From Candidatus Actinomarina sp. (lineage in GTDB: Bacteria; Actinomycetota; Acidimicrobiia; Actinomarinales; Actinomarinaceae), in contig JAYQSV010000001.1 of NCBI GenBank assembly GCA_038147085.1, positions 485,983 to 549,982 of the forward strand: a stretch of 64,000 nt of DNA, given 5' to 3'. This document shows positions 1 to 8,878 of the stretch, in pieces (within the stretch, counting starts at the first letter, position 1; the number at the start of each line of letters is the position of its first letter). Position numbers and translations under genes: made by a program. The notes under the pieces are model-generated. The model was not told the origin of the DNA, ran no database searches, and was given only the letters and a program-made list of their open reading frames with translations.

Positions 1-381
1 GAAGAAGTTTTATCTAAAATTGATAAGCTTCAATATGAAAATAAAGATAATTTAGAAGATTATGAACTTTTATTAGAAAAAATAAAAACTTTAAAGAATG
101 ATTTATTAAAAAATTCTACAATTTTGCAGGATGAATGGAAAAAATTAGATAGTAAAATTTCTGAATTAGATATTAAAAAAAATGTTTTTATCAAAAATTT
201 AAGCATAGAACTACAAGATCTATATAAAAATTTAAAGTCTAGTGGAGTAGAAGTAGTGGCTGCTTATAAATTAGATAATCAATGTGGTTGTTGTGGTGTA
301 GATTTAACTTCTAGTGAACTTGAGCAGGTAGAGGAATCAAGATTTAAGCAATGCCCGTATTGCAATGGTGTTATTGTTTAA
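1..381 (+). CDS. C4 zinc-ribbon / coiled-coil protein (COG1579-like), 5'-truncated by window edge
   Basis: Frame 1 is open from nt 1 with no stop. C-terminus carries CGCCGV...CPYC zinc-ribbon pairs after a K/E/L-rich coiled-coil region. Sits immediately upstream of rnhA, as in mycobacterial Rv2229c-Rv2228c synteny. Confidence 0.55.
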   Translation, partial: EEVLSKIDKLQYENKDNLEDYELLLEKIKTLKNDLLKNSTILQDEWKKLDSKISELDIKKNVFIKNLSIELQDLYKNLKSSGVEVVAAYKLDNQCGCCGVDLTSSELEQVEESRFKQCPYCNGVIV

Positions 382-770
382 TGTATAAAATATATTGTGA
401 TGGAGCATCGAGATCTAATCCTGGTGAAGCTTCTATAGGTGTATCTATTCAAAAAAATAATATTGAAGTAGATAATTTATATAGAAAAATAGGCATTGCA
501 AGTAATAATGTTGCAGAATATCAAGCTTTAATCGAAGGATTAAAATATTGTATTTTTAATAGTATTGATGTGGTTGAAATATTTTTAGATTCAAAATTAG
601 TTGTTGAGCAAATGAATAAAAATTATAAAGTTAAATCTGAAAATTTAATAAATTTATTTAATGATGCTCAGCAACTTACTTCACAAATTCGTTCTGTTAA
701 ATTGACCCACATAAGAAGGGAAAATAATAAAAGAGCCGATGAACTAGCAAATAAAGCTCTAGACATATGA
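381..770 (+). CDS. rnhA: Ribonuclease HI
   Basis: YCDGASRSNPG...AEYQALIEGL...HIRRENNKRADELAN matches RNase H catalytic motifs. ATG at 381 overlaps the upstream TAA (TAATG). The ORF-track N-terminal extension lies in the alternative frame of the upstream gene. Confidence 0.8.
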   Translation: MYKIYCDGASRSNPGEASIGVSIQKNNIEVDNLYRKIGIASNNVAEYQALIEGLKYCIFNSIDVVEIFLDSKLVVEQMNKNYKVKSENLINLFNDAQQLTSQIRSVKLTHIRRENNKRADELANKALDI

Positions 771-1234
771 TTTTGTCTTGGACTTCCTTTATTTCTATTT
801 TTTTATTCAGATATATTTTTAAAGACTACAAAGCGGATATGAGATATTTATTATTGGGTACTTCATTTCCAATAATCTTAGATTTAATTTTAAATATTTT
901 AAACATTACAGAAAATTATCAATTTATTGGTCATAGTTTATTTTTTTCTATAACTTTATTTTTTTTAATTATGATTTCAACGAATAGAAATACTATTTTT
1001 CGTAAAAATTCACTACTTGCATGTATTGGTATATTTTTTTATTTGTTTTTAAGTTTTACATGGTTAAATCAATCAATCTTTTTATTTCCACTTTTCCCTG
1101 ATAGTAACTCAAATTTTATACTTTCAAGAAATGTAGAAATTATACTTTCGTTAATCGGAGTAGTTTATTTTTTATTTAAAATTAAAAATTTAACAAATCT
1201 TAAATATTTTCTTAAGTCAGGACTTTTCATTTGA
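767..1234 (+). CDS. hypothetical polytopic membrane protein
   Basis: ATGA overlap with the rnhA stop. Very hydrophobic, about 4 predicted TM segments. No recognisable motif. Confidence 0.35.
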   Translation: MILSWTSFISIFLFRYIFKDYKADMRYLLLGTSFPIILDLILNILNITENYQFIGHSLFFSITLFFLIMISTNRNTIFRKNSLLACIGIFFYLFLSFTWLNQSIFLFPLFPDSNSNFILSRNVEIILSLIGVVYFLFKIKNLTNLKYFLKSGLFI

Positions 1235-1951
1235 AAATAACATATTTAGTGAAACTATAAATAAAAAAGCTCCGAAGCCAATATTTAAATAATTTGAATT
1301 GACAGCAAATGCTACATTGCTACCTAAAATTGATCCAATCACACCAAATATTCCAACGGAAAGACCAATTTTCAATAAGTTTTTATTATTTTTCATTTTT
1401 GTAATTGCAGCTGTTAAAGCAGTCGGAATTGTTGTAATCAGTGATATTCCTTGTGCAACTATATTTGTATAACCTCCAAAGAAAATTAATAGTGGAATTC
1501 TAATAATACCGCCACCTATACCAAGTAGACCAGAGGGTACACCAGAAACAATTCCTATAAGAAAAAAGAACAAAAAGCTATCATATCCTGAACCTTCTAA
1601 TGATGAACCAAAAATCATTTTATATGAAACGAATATCAGCAATAAAGAAAATACTCTTTTAAGAGTTATGGTGTTAATTTGATTAGTCCACTTTCCTCCA
1701 AAGTAACCCCCAACTATTCCACCAAATATAATTAAAATTATATTAAACGATGGTTCAAAACCTTTAAATATATAAGTTAAACTACTAGCAGTAGCAACAA
1801 AAACAACAGCTAAAGATGAAATACCAGTGTTTGTTTTGAAATCAATATTTGTAAAGTAAGTCAATAACGGAACAAATACAACTCCTCCTCCAATACCAAG
1901 TAAACCTGAAAGGAAGCCTCCAATAGATCCAATAATAAAATAGGTTAACAA
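1217..1951 (-). CDS. TauE/SafE (TSUP) family sulfite/anion exporter
   Basis: Duplicated GxxGGxxSGLLGIGGG motifs typical of TauE/SafE permeases. About 8 TM helices. Confidence 0.75.
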   Translation of the reverse strand: MLTYFIIGSIGGFLSGLLGIGGGVVFVPLLTYFTNIDFKTNTGISSLAVVFVATASSLTYIFKGFEPSFNIILIIFGGIVGGYFGGKWTNQINTITLKRVFSLLLIFVSYKMIFGSSLEGSGYDSFLFFFLIGIVSGVPSGLLGIGGGIIRIPLLIFFGGYTNIVAQGISLITTIPTALTAAITKMKNNKNLLKIGLSVGIFGVIGSILGSNVAFAVNSNYLNIGFGAFLFIVSLNMLFSNEKS

Positions 1952-1952
1952 T

Positions 1953-2933
1953 TTACTTACGTAATTTAGGAAGAAGTTCTTTACCTAATAGCTTTATAGT
2001 TTCTTCCTGATTTATTGACGAGATTTGTATAGTTATAATCTCAGAGTTAAATTCTTCAACTAGTGGTTTATAAATAGTTTCAAGTTCAGCGATCGATGAT
2101 GCTCTTGAGAACTTTGACATTATTTCTTCCCTAGGAAAGCTATCTGCTTCAATTCTTAATGCTTCTGGATCAAGTTCATTTAATCTATTTGGTGCTCTTA
2201 AGCCTCTCCAGGATCTAAGTGCAGTCCATGCTTCCTCATCACTTTCAGCAAACATGGTCCATCTATATGTATGAATTGACATTTCGTCTTTTTTTAACTC
2301 TTTAGTTTTTAATCTTGCTGGTTCAATAACATTTTCATAAGCAGTTTTAGGATCTTTAACGCTTATCATTAAACCATCAGCATACTCAGCTGCTACTTGT
2401 GCAGACTTAGGACCACCAGCAGCAAGCCATATAGGAATTTTTTTAACAGGAGGGGAGTAAAGTTTTGCTTTATTTGTTTGATAATACTTTCCTTCAAAAG
2501 TTAATTTTTCACCATTAAAAAGAGATTTTATAATTTTTAAAGCCTCTATTAACCTATCTTTTCTCTCTTCATAGTTAGGAAAATTATATCCAAGAGGTCC
2601 TTCATTAATATTTTCACCAGTTCCTACACCTAGGTGGAAAGTTTTAGGTGTAAGTCTATCAATTGTTGCAGCAGCTTGTGCGATAACACCTGGGTGAATT
2701 CTCCATAGCGGAGTAGTTACTCCTGTTCCAAGATCAAGCTGAGGTAAAGTATTTGCTAGGGCTCCCAAAGTTGACCAAGTAAAATTAGATGCAGAATAAT
2801 CATCAACCCACGGATGAAAATGTTCAGATATAGTTAGCATATCAAATCCAGCATCTTTTGCTATTACTGCGTGTTTAATTAAATCTTCTGGTTGCCACTG
2901 TTCTGAACCTAAAAAATATGAAAATTTTGTCAT
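1953..2933 (-). CDS. Luciferase-like monooxygenase (LLM class, probably F420-dependent) oxidoreductase
   Basis: N-terminal DAGFDMLTISEHFHPW and overall LLM/Fgd-like architecture, 326 aa. Confidence 0.7.
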   Translation of the reverse strand: MTKFSYFLGSEQWQPEDLIKHAVIAKDAGFDMLTISEHFHPWVDDYSASNFTWSTLGALANTLPQLDLGTGVTTPLWRIHPGVIAQAAATIDRLTPKTFHLGVGTGENINEGPLGYNFPNYEERKDRLIEALKIIKSLFNGEKLTFEGKYYQTNKAKLYSPPVKKIPIWLAAGGPKSAQVAAEYADGLMISVKDPKTAYENVIEPARLKTKELKKDEMSIHTYRWTMFAESDEEAWTALRSWRGLRAPNRLNELDPEALRIEADSFPREEIMSKFSRASSIAELETIYKPLVEEFNSEIITIQISSINQEETIKLLGKELLPKLRK

Positions 2934-2965
2934 TATTTAATAATACCTTTTGATTAATTTTAGGT

Positions 2966-2988
2966 GGGTGCCTCGCTAGGAGGCACCC
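2966..2988 (-). terminator. Perfect 9-bp stem hairpin (GGGUGCCUC-cuagc-GAGGCACCC) just 3' of rnpB
   Basis: Seen directly in the sequence. Not followed by a clean U-tract, so it may be a terminator or a processing/stability hairpin. Confidence 0.4.
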
Positions 2989-2989
2989 T

Positions 2990-3330
2990 TGTTCAGTGAA
3001 AATATAAGCCGGATTCTGTTTGTGTTAAACACAAGATAATCATCCATCTTGCATATTTGTTACCAAATATGTCTAGCTACCTACCCGCAATTTTTAGTCG
3101 AGCAAACTAATTGCTTTTTGGTATTGCTCCGAGAGGGGTTTACAAGCTAACTTAATCACTTAAGCTACTGGTAGTCTCTTACACTACCTTTTCACCCTTG
3201 CTTACTAAGTAAGCGGTTTATTTTCTGTTGCACTTTCCGTCAATTTCTTGCCTGGGAGTTACCCAGCTCTCTGCTCTTTGGAGTCCGGACTTTCCTCGAT
3301 AAATCGCGATTATCCATTTCACCTAATTAG
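2990..3330 (-). ncRNA. rnpB: RNase P RNA, bacterial type A
   Basis: Minus strand carries GAGGAAAGUCCGGACUCC (P4 5' strand), AGUGCAACAGAAA, CAAGGGUGAAAAGGUAGUGUAAGAGACUACC, GUAAACCCCUCUCGGAGCAAUACCAAA and ACAGAAUCCGGCUUAU (P4 3' strand) in the canonical order. No ORF, and locally higher GC. Ends are approximate, within about 10 nt. Confidence 0.85.
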
Positions 3331-3348
3331 ATTTTAGTGATTTAGTAT

Positions 3349-3828
3349 CTATTTTGAAAAAATTATTAGTATTTCTTCGACATCGTTAAATGTTAATGGT
3401 CCTATAAATTTTTTTATTATTGTTCCCTCTTTTATTATATGTGTTTCAGGGACTCCAAATACTCCTGAATTTATGGCTAAAGTACTATTTTCATCTATTC
3501 CGTATTTGACGTTTCCTTTTCCATAAACCTCAAGAAATTTAATCGCATCAGATTTTGTATCTTGAAAAGAAATTGCATAAATGTTATTTTTTAGGGAATC
3601 GAACTCTGAAATTTCAATTAATAATTGGTGTTCTTGGATACATTCTAAACACCAAGAAGCCCAGTAATTAATAATTATTGTTTTGCTTAAATCTATTTCA
3701 ATATTCGAATTACTTTCTAGATCAGTAATGTTTTGAGTTAACTCTGGGTTTATATTGATTTGATTAGAGAAATCTGAACTTGTACAACTGACAAATATTA
3801 AAATAAAAATAATAAATTTAATTTTCAT
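3349..3828 (-). CDS. Thioredoxin-fold thiol:disulfide oxidoreductase (TlpA/ResA/CcmG-like), probable lipoprotein
   Basis: WASWCLEC active site. N-terminal signal peptide ending in ...FVSC (lipobox-like). Last gene of the ccm cluster. Confidence 0.7.
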   Translation of the reverse strand: MKIKFIIFILIFVSCTSSDFSNQININPELTQNITDLESNSNIEIDLSKTIIINYWASWCLECIQEHQLLIEISEFDSLKNNIYAISFQDTKSDAIKFLEVYGKGNVKYGIDENSTLAINSGVFGVPETHIIKEGTIIKKFIGPLTFNDVEEILIIFSK

Positions 3829-4354
3829 ATGATTTAAGAATTTCTTCTATTACTTTTTTATCTTCTAGCTCAATATCAGAATCTAACAACAAATCATTTA
3901 AGATTTCTTTACCTTCACTACGAGTAATATCATCTTGTATAAAAATAATTCCTTTATATGTTTTTGCAATTGAAGATGTAGGTAAAATATTTATTGATTC
4001 TTCAATATAATTTAAAGCAGTATTTTTATCTCCAGATTCAAACACCATCCATCCTATTTGAGCTAATGAAAAACTAATATAACTAGGTTCATTTGAATTT
4101 TGAGCGATATACATAAAATGACTTAAAGCAGAAGAATAATCGTATTCTTCAAAGTATCTATTTGCTAATGCAATTCTCATTGGAAATACGTCAGGATTCT
4201 GTGATATGACAATTTCCATCTCTTCATTTGTAACACTTTCGAGATTTGTATTAGTTTCATTTCTATTAGAAGTGTTGTTCGTTAAATTTATATATAAAAA
4301 AATAGATAATAGTAAAACTAGTAATGTACTAATGGACCATTTATTTTTTAACAT
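3818..4354 (-). CDS. TPR-repeat protein, CcmI/CycH-like
   Basis: Single N-terminal TM, then helical repeats with TPR-like spacing. Lies between ccmH and the CcmG-like gene. Confidence 0.45.
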   Translation of the reverse strand: MLKNKWSISTLLVLLLSIFLYINLTNNTSNRNETNTNLESVTNEEMEIVISQNPDVFPMRIALANRYFEEYDYSSALSHFMYIAQNSNEPSYISFSLAQIGWMVFESGDKNTALNYIEESINILPTSSIAKTYKGIIFIQDDITRSEGKEILNDLLLDSDIELEDKKVIEEILKSYEN

Positions 4355-4700
4355 AAATTTTCCTTAGAAAATTTATTACAAAAATTGAAATTATAAAAAT
4401 AGGAATCAAAATAATTTCAAAATTTCTAGTAATTGTGTCTGTAACTATTCTTTCCCCATATCTAGCTACCCAAAAATTATATATTTGTTCATCAGTAAAT
4501 CCCATCTCTAATTGTTCTTTAAGTATAATTTTCATATCAGAAGCATATCCAGAGGGTGAATCATATATAACCTCACCCTGACAAACTGGGCACAATAATA
4601 TTTTGCTCCACTTTTCATACCTTGATTCAGAATCAACTTTAAAGAATGACAAAAAAATTAAAGTTATTAATAAAATTAAACTAATTATTTTGGACTTCAT
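4341..4700 (-). CDS. ccmH: Cytochrome c-type biogenesis protein CcmH
   Basis: LLCPVCQG matches the CcmH LRCxxC motif after a signal peptide. ATG at 4700 overlaps the ccmF stop (ATGA). The ORF-track upstream extension is rejected. Confidence 0.75.
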   Translation of the reverse strand: MKSKIISLILLITLIFLSFFKVDSESRYEKWSKILLCPVCQGEVIYDSPSGYASDMKIILKEQLEMGFTDEQIYNFWVARYGERIVTDTITRNFEIILIPIFIISIFVINFLRKIYVKK

Positions 4701-6583
4701 TTTCTGATTTTTACTTTCGGAATAAAAGAAATTGAACTTATAAATAATCCAACCCAAATTATTAATATTCCAAAATTTTTTCTCACTATTAGCTTATAAG
4801 CATCATTGTTTATAGATTTAACACTTATGTAAGTATCGTATAAAAAACTTCTATAAATTGCTGGAGAACTAATTACTTGTTGAGAAGAATTATTAAATAT
4901 ATTTAAAGAAGTGTATTTAGTTATTTTACCATTTGATATTGGCAGTTTTAACACTGTTTTTTCTGGTAAATTTTCTTCAACTACATCATAAACTTGATAG
5001 TTGTTTTCTGAAAACAGAAAATTATCAAATGAATTTACCTCAAATTCTTGAGAAAAACTCTGTGTAAAATTTAATAAAATTCCAATCGCTAATACGCCAA
5101 GACCTAAATGAGCTATTTGACCAGACCAAAAAGAGGGACTTAAAACTTTGTTAAAGTTCATAATAAAGTTTTTTAAGATCAGTGTAATTAATAAAAATGA
5201 GACTGTTGTTGTCAAACTAAACATAAAAGATCTGTTAAAAAATAGTAAGAAAATGATGCTAATTAAAAGACTAGAGTTTATAAAAATAATATTTTCTTCA
5301 TAAAAGCTCTTTAAATTTATATCTTTTATAGATAGCTTTATAGAAAAGATAATTAAAAATAGTAACATTAGCAATATTGGACCAACTAAAACATCAAAGT
5401 AGTTTCTACCAATTGTAATTTGCCTCCCAAAAAAAGTTTCATAAAAAAGTGGATAGATAGTTCCAATAAAAACAATTATTGCAGAGGAGAAAAGCAGTAT
5501 ATTGTTTGCAATAAAAAACCCAGACCTACCAAATATATTATTTAGTTTTTTTGAAGTTAAAAAGTATTTACTATTTATAGAACCTATATATAGAAATAAA
5601 ATGCTAAAAAGTAGAATTCCTATCAACAAATAAGTTCCAATTGATCCATTTGAAAATGCATGAACTGAAATTAATACCCCTGATCTTGTAATAAAAGTAC
5701 CAAATAGTGTAGAGAGGAACATTAATCCAACAAGAACATAGTTCCAATTTAATAGAGAGTTATTTTGTTTAGTTACCTTTGCAGAATGTAGAAATGCAGT
5801 GGAAAGCAACCAAGGAATAAATGAGACATTTTCAACTGGATCCCAAGCCCAATATCCACCCCAACCTAAAACTTCATAAGACCAAATTGCGCCTAAAGAT
5901 ATTCCAATAGTTAAAAATAACCAAGGAATAAAAGTTAATTTTTGTGCTATTGAGATCCATTCATTATTTGAATTTCTTAGTGCTAACCTACTAATAGTTG
6001 CTACAAATGGGGCTGACATGCCTACATATCCAATATATAAAAATGGCGGATGAATAGCCATCAAGGGATGATTTTGTAGTAATGGATTTGGTCCACGACC
6101 AATTTGACTCGATACTAAATTTTGAAAAGGTAGTAACGAAGATGAATTGCAACCTATGTTACTAGCTTCAACACACCCTGCAAAAGGAGAGGAACTAAAG
6201 ATTGTATATCCAACAAAAAACAACATAATTGAAGAGTAAATTTTTGTGTCAATATTACTTTTACTAATTTTATAATTACTCAAATAGAAGAGCATGAAAA
6301 TGCTTAGTGTTAAATTCCATAACAATATGGAACCATCCAAAGCTCCCCATAAAGAAGCAAATTTATATAAAGGTGGTGTTGATGATGCAGAATAATTAGA
6401 AATGTATGCAACTGAAAAATCATCTATAAATAAACCAATTTCTAATAATAAAAATAAAAAAATATTTAAAAATACGATTAAACGCATAAAAATATGTATT
6501 TTCAATAAATTATTTGTAAATAGAATTATTCCAAGGAATAAAAACAGTAACCAAGAAGATAATATGCCTATTGAAGAAATCAT
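4697..6583 (-). CDS. ccmF: Cytochrome c heme lyase subunit CcmF
   Basis: WGGYWAWDPVEN tryptophan-rich (WWD) motif. 628 aa, more than 12 TM helices. Confidence 0.9.
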   Translation of the reverse strand: MISSIGILSSWLLFLFLGIILFTNNLLKIHIFMRLIVFLNIFLFLLLEIGLFIDDFSVAYISNYSASSTPPLYKFASLWGALDGSILLWNLTLSIFMLFYLSNYKISKSNIDTKIYSSIMLFFVGYTIFSSSPFAGCVEASNIGCNSSSLLPFQNLVSSQIGRGPNPLLQNHPLMAIHPPFLYIGYVGMSAPFVATISRLALRNSNNEWISIAQKLTFIPWLFLTIGISLGAIWSYEVLGWGGYWAWDPVENVSFIPWLLSTAFLHSAKVTKQNNSLLNWNYVLVGLMFLSTLFGTFITRSGVLISVHAFSNGSIGTYLLIGILLFSILFLYIGSINSKYFLTSKKLNNIFGRSGFFIANNILLFSSAIIVFIGTIYPLFYETFFGRQITIGRNYFDVLVGPILLMLLFLIIFSIKLSIKDINLKSFYEENIIFINSSLLISIIFLLFFNRSFMFSLTTTVSFLLITLILKNFIMNFNKVLSPSFWSGQIAHLGLGVLAIGILLNFTQSFSQEFEVNSFDNFLFSENNYQVYDVVEENLPEKTVLKLPISNGKITKYTSLNIFNNSSQQVISSPAIYRSFLYDTYISVKSINNDAYKLIVRKNFGILIIWVGLFISSISFIPKVKIRK

Positions 6584-6981
6584 TTTGAATAATTTTTAGC
6601 GTCGTAAACTTCACCATCATCAGAAATATATTCGTTATCATGTTTTACCAACATATTATCTGCTAAAAATGTGTTATTAACAAAAACACCGTCCAAAATT
6701 ACACCCATATTTTCTTGAAATAATTCTGGTACATATCCATCAAAGTTTATTGAAATAACTGTATTTCCATCTGTAATATTAAAAAGTGTGTTAGTTTCGT
6801 TTTTAGAAATTGAATCTTGCATTACGAAACCACCTAATTTTACTCTTTCATTCAACAAGTCAATATTTTCTAAAGCTTCGGTAGTTGTAAAGTAGTAAAC
6901 AGTGTTATTGTTTGCCAAACGTAAACTTGCAAAAGTTACTAAAACTAAACCTAAAATTATAAATATTAAATTTTTCTTCAC
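6580..6981 (-). CDS. ccmE: Heme chaperone CcmE
   Basis: Single TM, OB-fold region, C-terminal VKHDNEY matching the heme-binding HxxxY motif. Confidence 0.85.
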   Translation of the reverse strand: MKKNLIFIILGLVLVTFASLRLANNNTVYYFTTTEALENIDLLNERVKLGGFVMQDSISKNETNTLFNITDGNTVISINFDGYVPELFQENMGVILDGVFVNNTFLADNMLVKHDNEYISDDGEVYDAKNYSK

Positions 6982-6986
6982 TTAGT

Positions 6987-7658
6987 TTAAATTTTAGCCC
7001 TACTAGATGGGTTTAAATAATTTTCCCATTGAATATCTATTAATTTACTAAATTTACTAACTAATAAAAAATGTAAAAGTGTTGTAAATAAAACACCAAT
7101 TATTAAATAAATTAATATATCAGAAGAAATAGGTGCATTTCCTGAAGAAATTGTTTCTTGAGAAAGAATAGTGGCTTGTTGATGAATTGATCTCCACCAA
7201 ATAACACTAAAGTGGATTATAGGAATTTGAACAATTCCAAATATCCCGATGTAAGAAGAGTTTTTAGCAATTGTATATAAATCTGAATTAAATTTACGTG
7301 ATGCAATATAACCAAGATAAACCAAAAACAAAATCGCTGTTAGGTTTAATCTTGCATCACCCCATACCCACCAAGAACCCCAAGTCAATTTACCCCATAT
7401 AGATCCTGAAATAAGTGTTATAGCAGTAAAAATAAGACCTGATTTTGCATTTGAAACAGCTATTGAATCAAATTTTGGATTGTTACTAAAAAGATATTTG
7501 ATCGAATAAGTAAAAGTTATTGAGTATGCTAAATAGGCAATCCAAACCGAAGGAACATGCATATAGAGAAATTTAGAACTAATACCTTGAGTACCATCAA
7601 ATGGACCAGAATAAATTACTAACATCCACAAAAAAACTACTATTAATATTTTTTTCAT
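6987..7658 (-). CDS. ccmC: Heme exporter protein CcmC
   Basis: WGSWWVWGDARL WWD motif. Start set at the MKKILIV ATG, which overlaps the ccmB stop (ATGA). The longer ORF-track form overlaps ccmB. Confidence 0.85.
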   Translation of the reverse strand: MKKILIVVFLWMLVIYSGPFDGTQGISSKFLYMHVPSVWIAYLAYSITFTYSIKYLFSNNPKFDSIAVSNAKSGLIFTAITLISGSIWGKLTWGSWWVWGDARLNLTAILFLVYLGYIASRKFNSDLYTIAKNSSYIGIFGIVQIPIIHFSVIWWRSIHQQATILSQETISSGNAPISSDILIYLIIGVLFTTLLHFLLVSKFSKLIDIQWENYLNPSSRAKI

Positions 7659-8290
7659 TTTTTTAAAACAAAATAATTTGTAAATGCAATATTTAATAGA
7701 GTTGTTCCAGTCAGTAACATAAAATAAATGGTAGTTAGTTGGGGAGTAATACCTAACCAAATAGGACTTATAATCATAATAAAACCTATGTAGATTGGTA
7801 AAAGCAAAACCATTTGTACAAAATTATTTGAAAAATTTGTAAATAATTGGAAGTACAAGTTAGAAATAGAAGTATTTAAAACAAATAGAAAAATAGTTGC
7901 AACAACACTAAACAAGTTTGTATTTATTGTGCTATTAGTAAGACCAGAAAAAATAATAATAAAAAATAAAACCTGTGGAAAAAAAATTATAATTTCAGCA
8001 ATTAACTTACTATAAAAGTAATTTTGAAAACTGTACTGAGCAAAATTTAGTTCTCTTTTAATTTTTTTAAAATCAAAATTTCTTCTTATTGAGAATAATG
8101 TTGAAAAAATTAGCAAAAATAAAAGCTCTAAAATAAGAAACAATTCATTGTCTATAAAGAACTTATTTTGAGAAAGTAGTGGTAGAAGGATTAATAAAGA
8201 AATTAAAGTTGGAGTTATTAAATAAAGTGAAATATTATTTCTTAATTCAAGCTTTATCTCCTTTTGAAAAATTAATTTATTAAATTTCAT
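7655..8290 (-). CDS. ccmB: Heme exporter permease CcmB
   Basis: Six-TM hydrophobic protein positioned between ccmA and ccmC. Confidence 0.7.
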   Translation of the reverse strand: MKFNKLIFQKEIKLELRNNISLYLITPTLISLLILLPLLSQNKFFIDNELFLILELLFLLIFSTLFSIRRNFDFKKIKRELNFAQYSFQNYFYSKLIAEIIIFFPQVLFFIIIFSGLTNSTINTNLFSVVATIFLFVLNTSISNLYFQLFTNFSNNFVQMVLLLPIYIGFIMIISPIWLGITPQLTTIYFMLLTGTTLLNIAFTNYFVLKK

Positions 8291-8876
8291 TTAAATTTAT
8301 AACCTGAAAATCTGCACCAAAAATATCAACTAATTTTTGAGATGCGATTAAGTTCCCTTTTTTTTGGTTAGTTCTGTTATTAATGAGTTCAATAAAGAGT
8401 TTTATACCTTCATCATCTAAAAAATTGAAAGGTTCATCTATACAAAAAAAATCTGGATTATTTAACTCAATTAGAACTAATTCGCTTCTTTTTTTCATAC
8501 CACTTGAAAAAATTGAAAATCGATCATTCATAAAGTGGATTAAATTATATTTCTCAACAATTAAGCTATATTCCGAGTAATCTATTTTTCCCTTAGTAAA
8601 ATACTCAATATTTTCTTTCAGCGTAAGTTCATTAATTAAGTTATGTTCCGCACCAATTTCTAAAATAAATGTGTCGAAATTAATTTCAAAACTTGAATTA
8701 AATATATTTCCATCAAAATTATTACTTATAAAGTTGATTAAAGTAGATTTTCCAGCACCATTTTTACCAATAACAAAATAATTTTTTGTCTTATCAATTT
8801 CAAGTTTTAAATCAGAAATAACTAATTCGTTTCCATAACCTAAATTTAAATGTTGGGTTGAAATTAATTGATTCAC
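8280..8876 (-). CDS. ccmA: Heme exporter ATP-binding protein CcmA (ABC ATPase)
   Basis: Walker A GKNGAGKST, ABC signature FSSGMKKR, Walker B LVLIELNNP. Confidence 0.75.
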   Translation of the reverse strand: MNQLISTQHLNLGYGNELVISDLKLEIDKTKNYFVIGKNGAGKSTLINFISNNFDGNIFNSSFEINFDTFILEIGAEHNLINELTLKENIEYFTKGKIDYSEYSLIVEKYNLIHFMNDRFSIFSSGMKKRSELVLIELNNPDFFCIDEPFNFLDDEGIKLFIELINNRTNQKKGNLIASQKLVDIFGADFQVINLNEI

Positions 8877-8878
8877 AA

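Noticed and set aside
3262-3274. 13-nt identity (AGAGAGCTGGGTA) shared between RNase P RNA (3260..3275, minus strand) and the mraZ-rsmH hairpin 3' arm (28042..28054)
   Set aside because: A single short match, plausibly coincidence. Not enough to propose a repeat family without a genome-wide search.
6402-6599. Short ORFs antisense to or nested in well-supported genes. Examples: 6402..6599, 8383..8580, 12999..13373, 19234..19470, 19891..20208, 20685..20900, 21539..21814, 24545..24805, 27241..27483, 35218..35502, 39697..39996, 40276..40548, 45686..45871, 49189..49419, 53071..53268, 53670..53906, 55552..55758, 57491..57685, 60102..60347, 62015..62233, 62420..62737, 63088..63324.
   Set aside because: Each lies entirely within or opposite a conserved housekeeping gene. 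They have low-complexity composition typical of chance ORFs in AT-rich DNA and show no motifs.
7659-7760. N-terminal extensions of ccmC (7659..7760), ccmH (4701..4757), ilvB (17513..17557) and mraZ (27483..27542) from the ORF track
   Set aside because: Each extension overlaps the upstream gene or a regulatory element (the terminator hairpin for ilvB, the promoter for mraZ). An internal start with ATGA coupling or an SD fits better.
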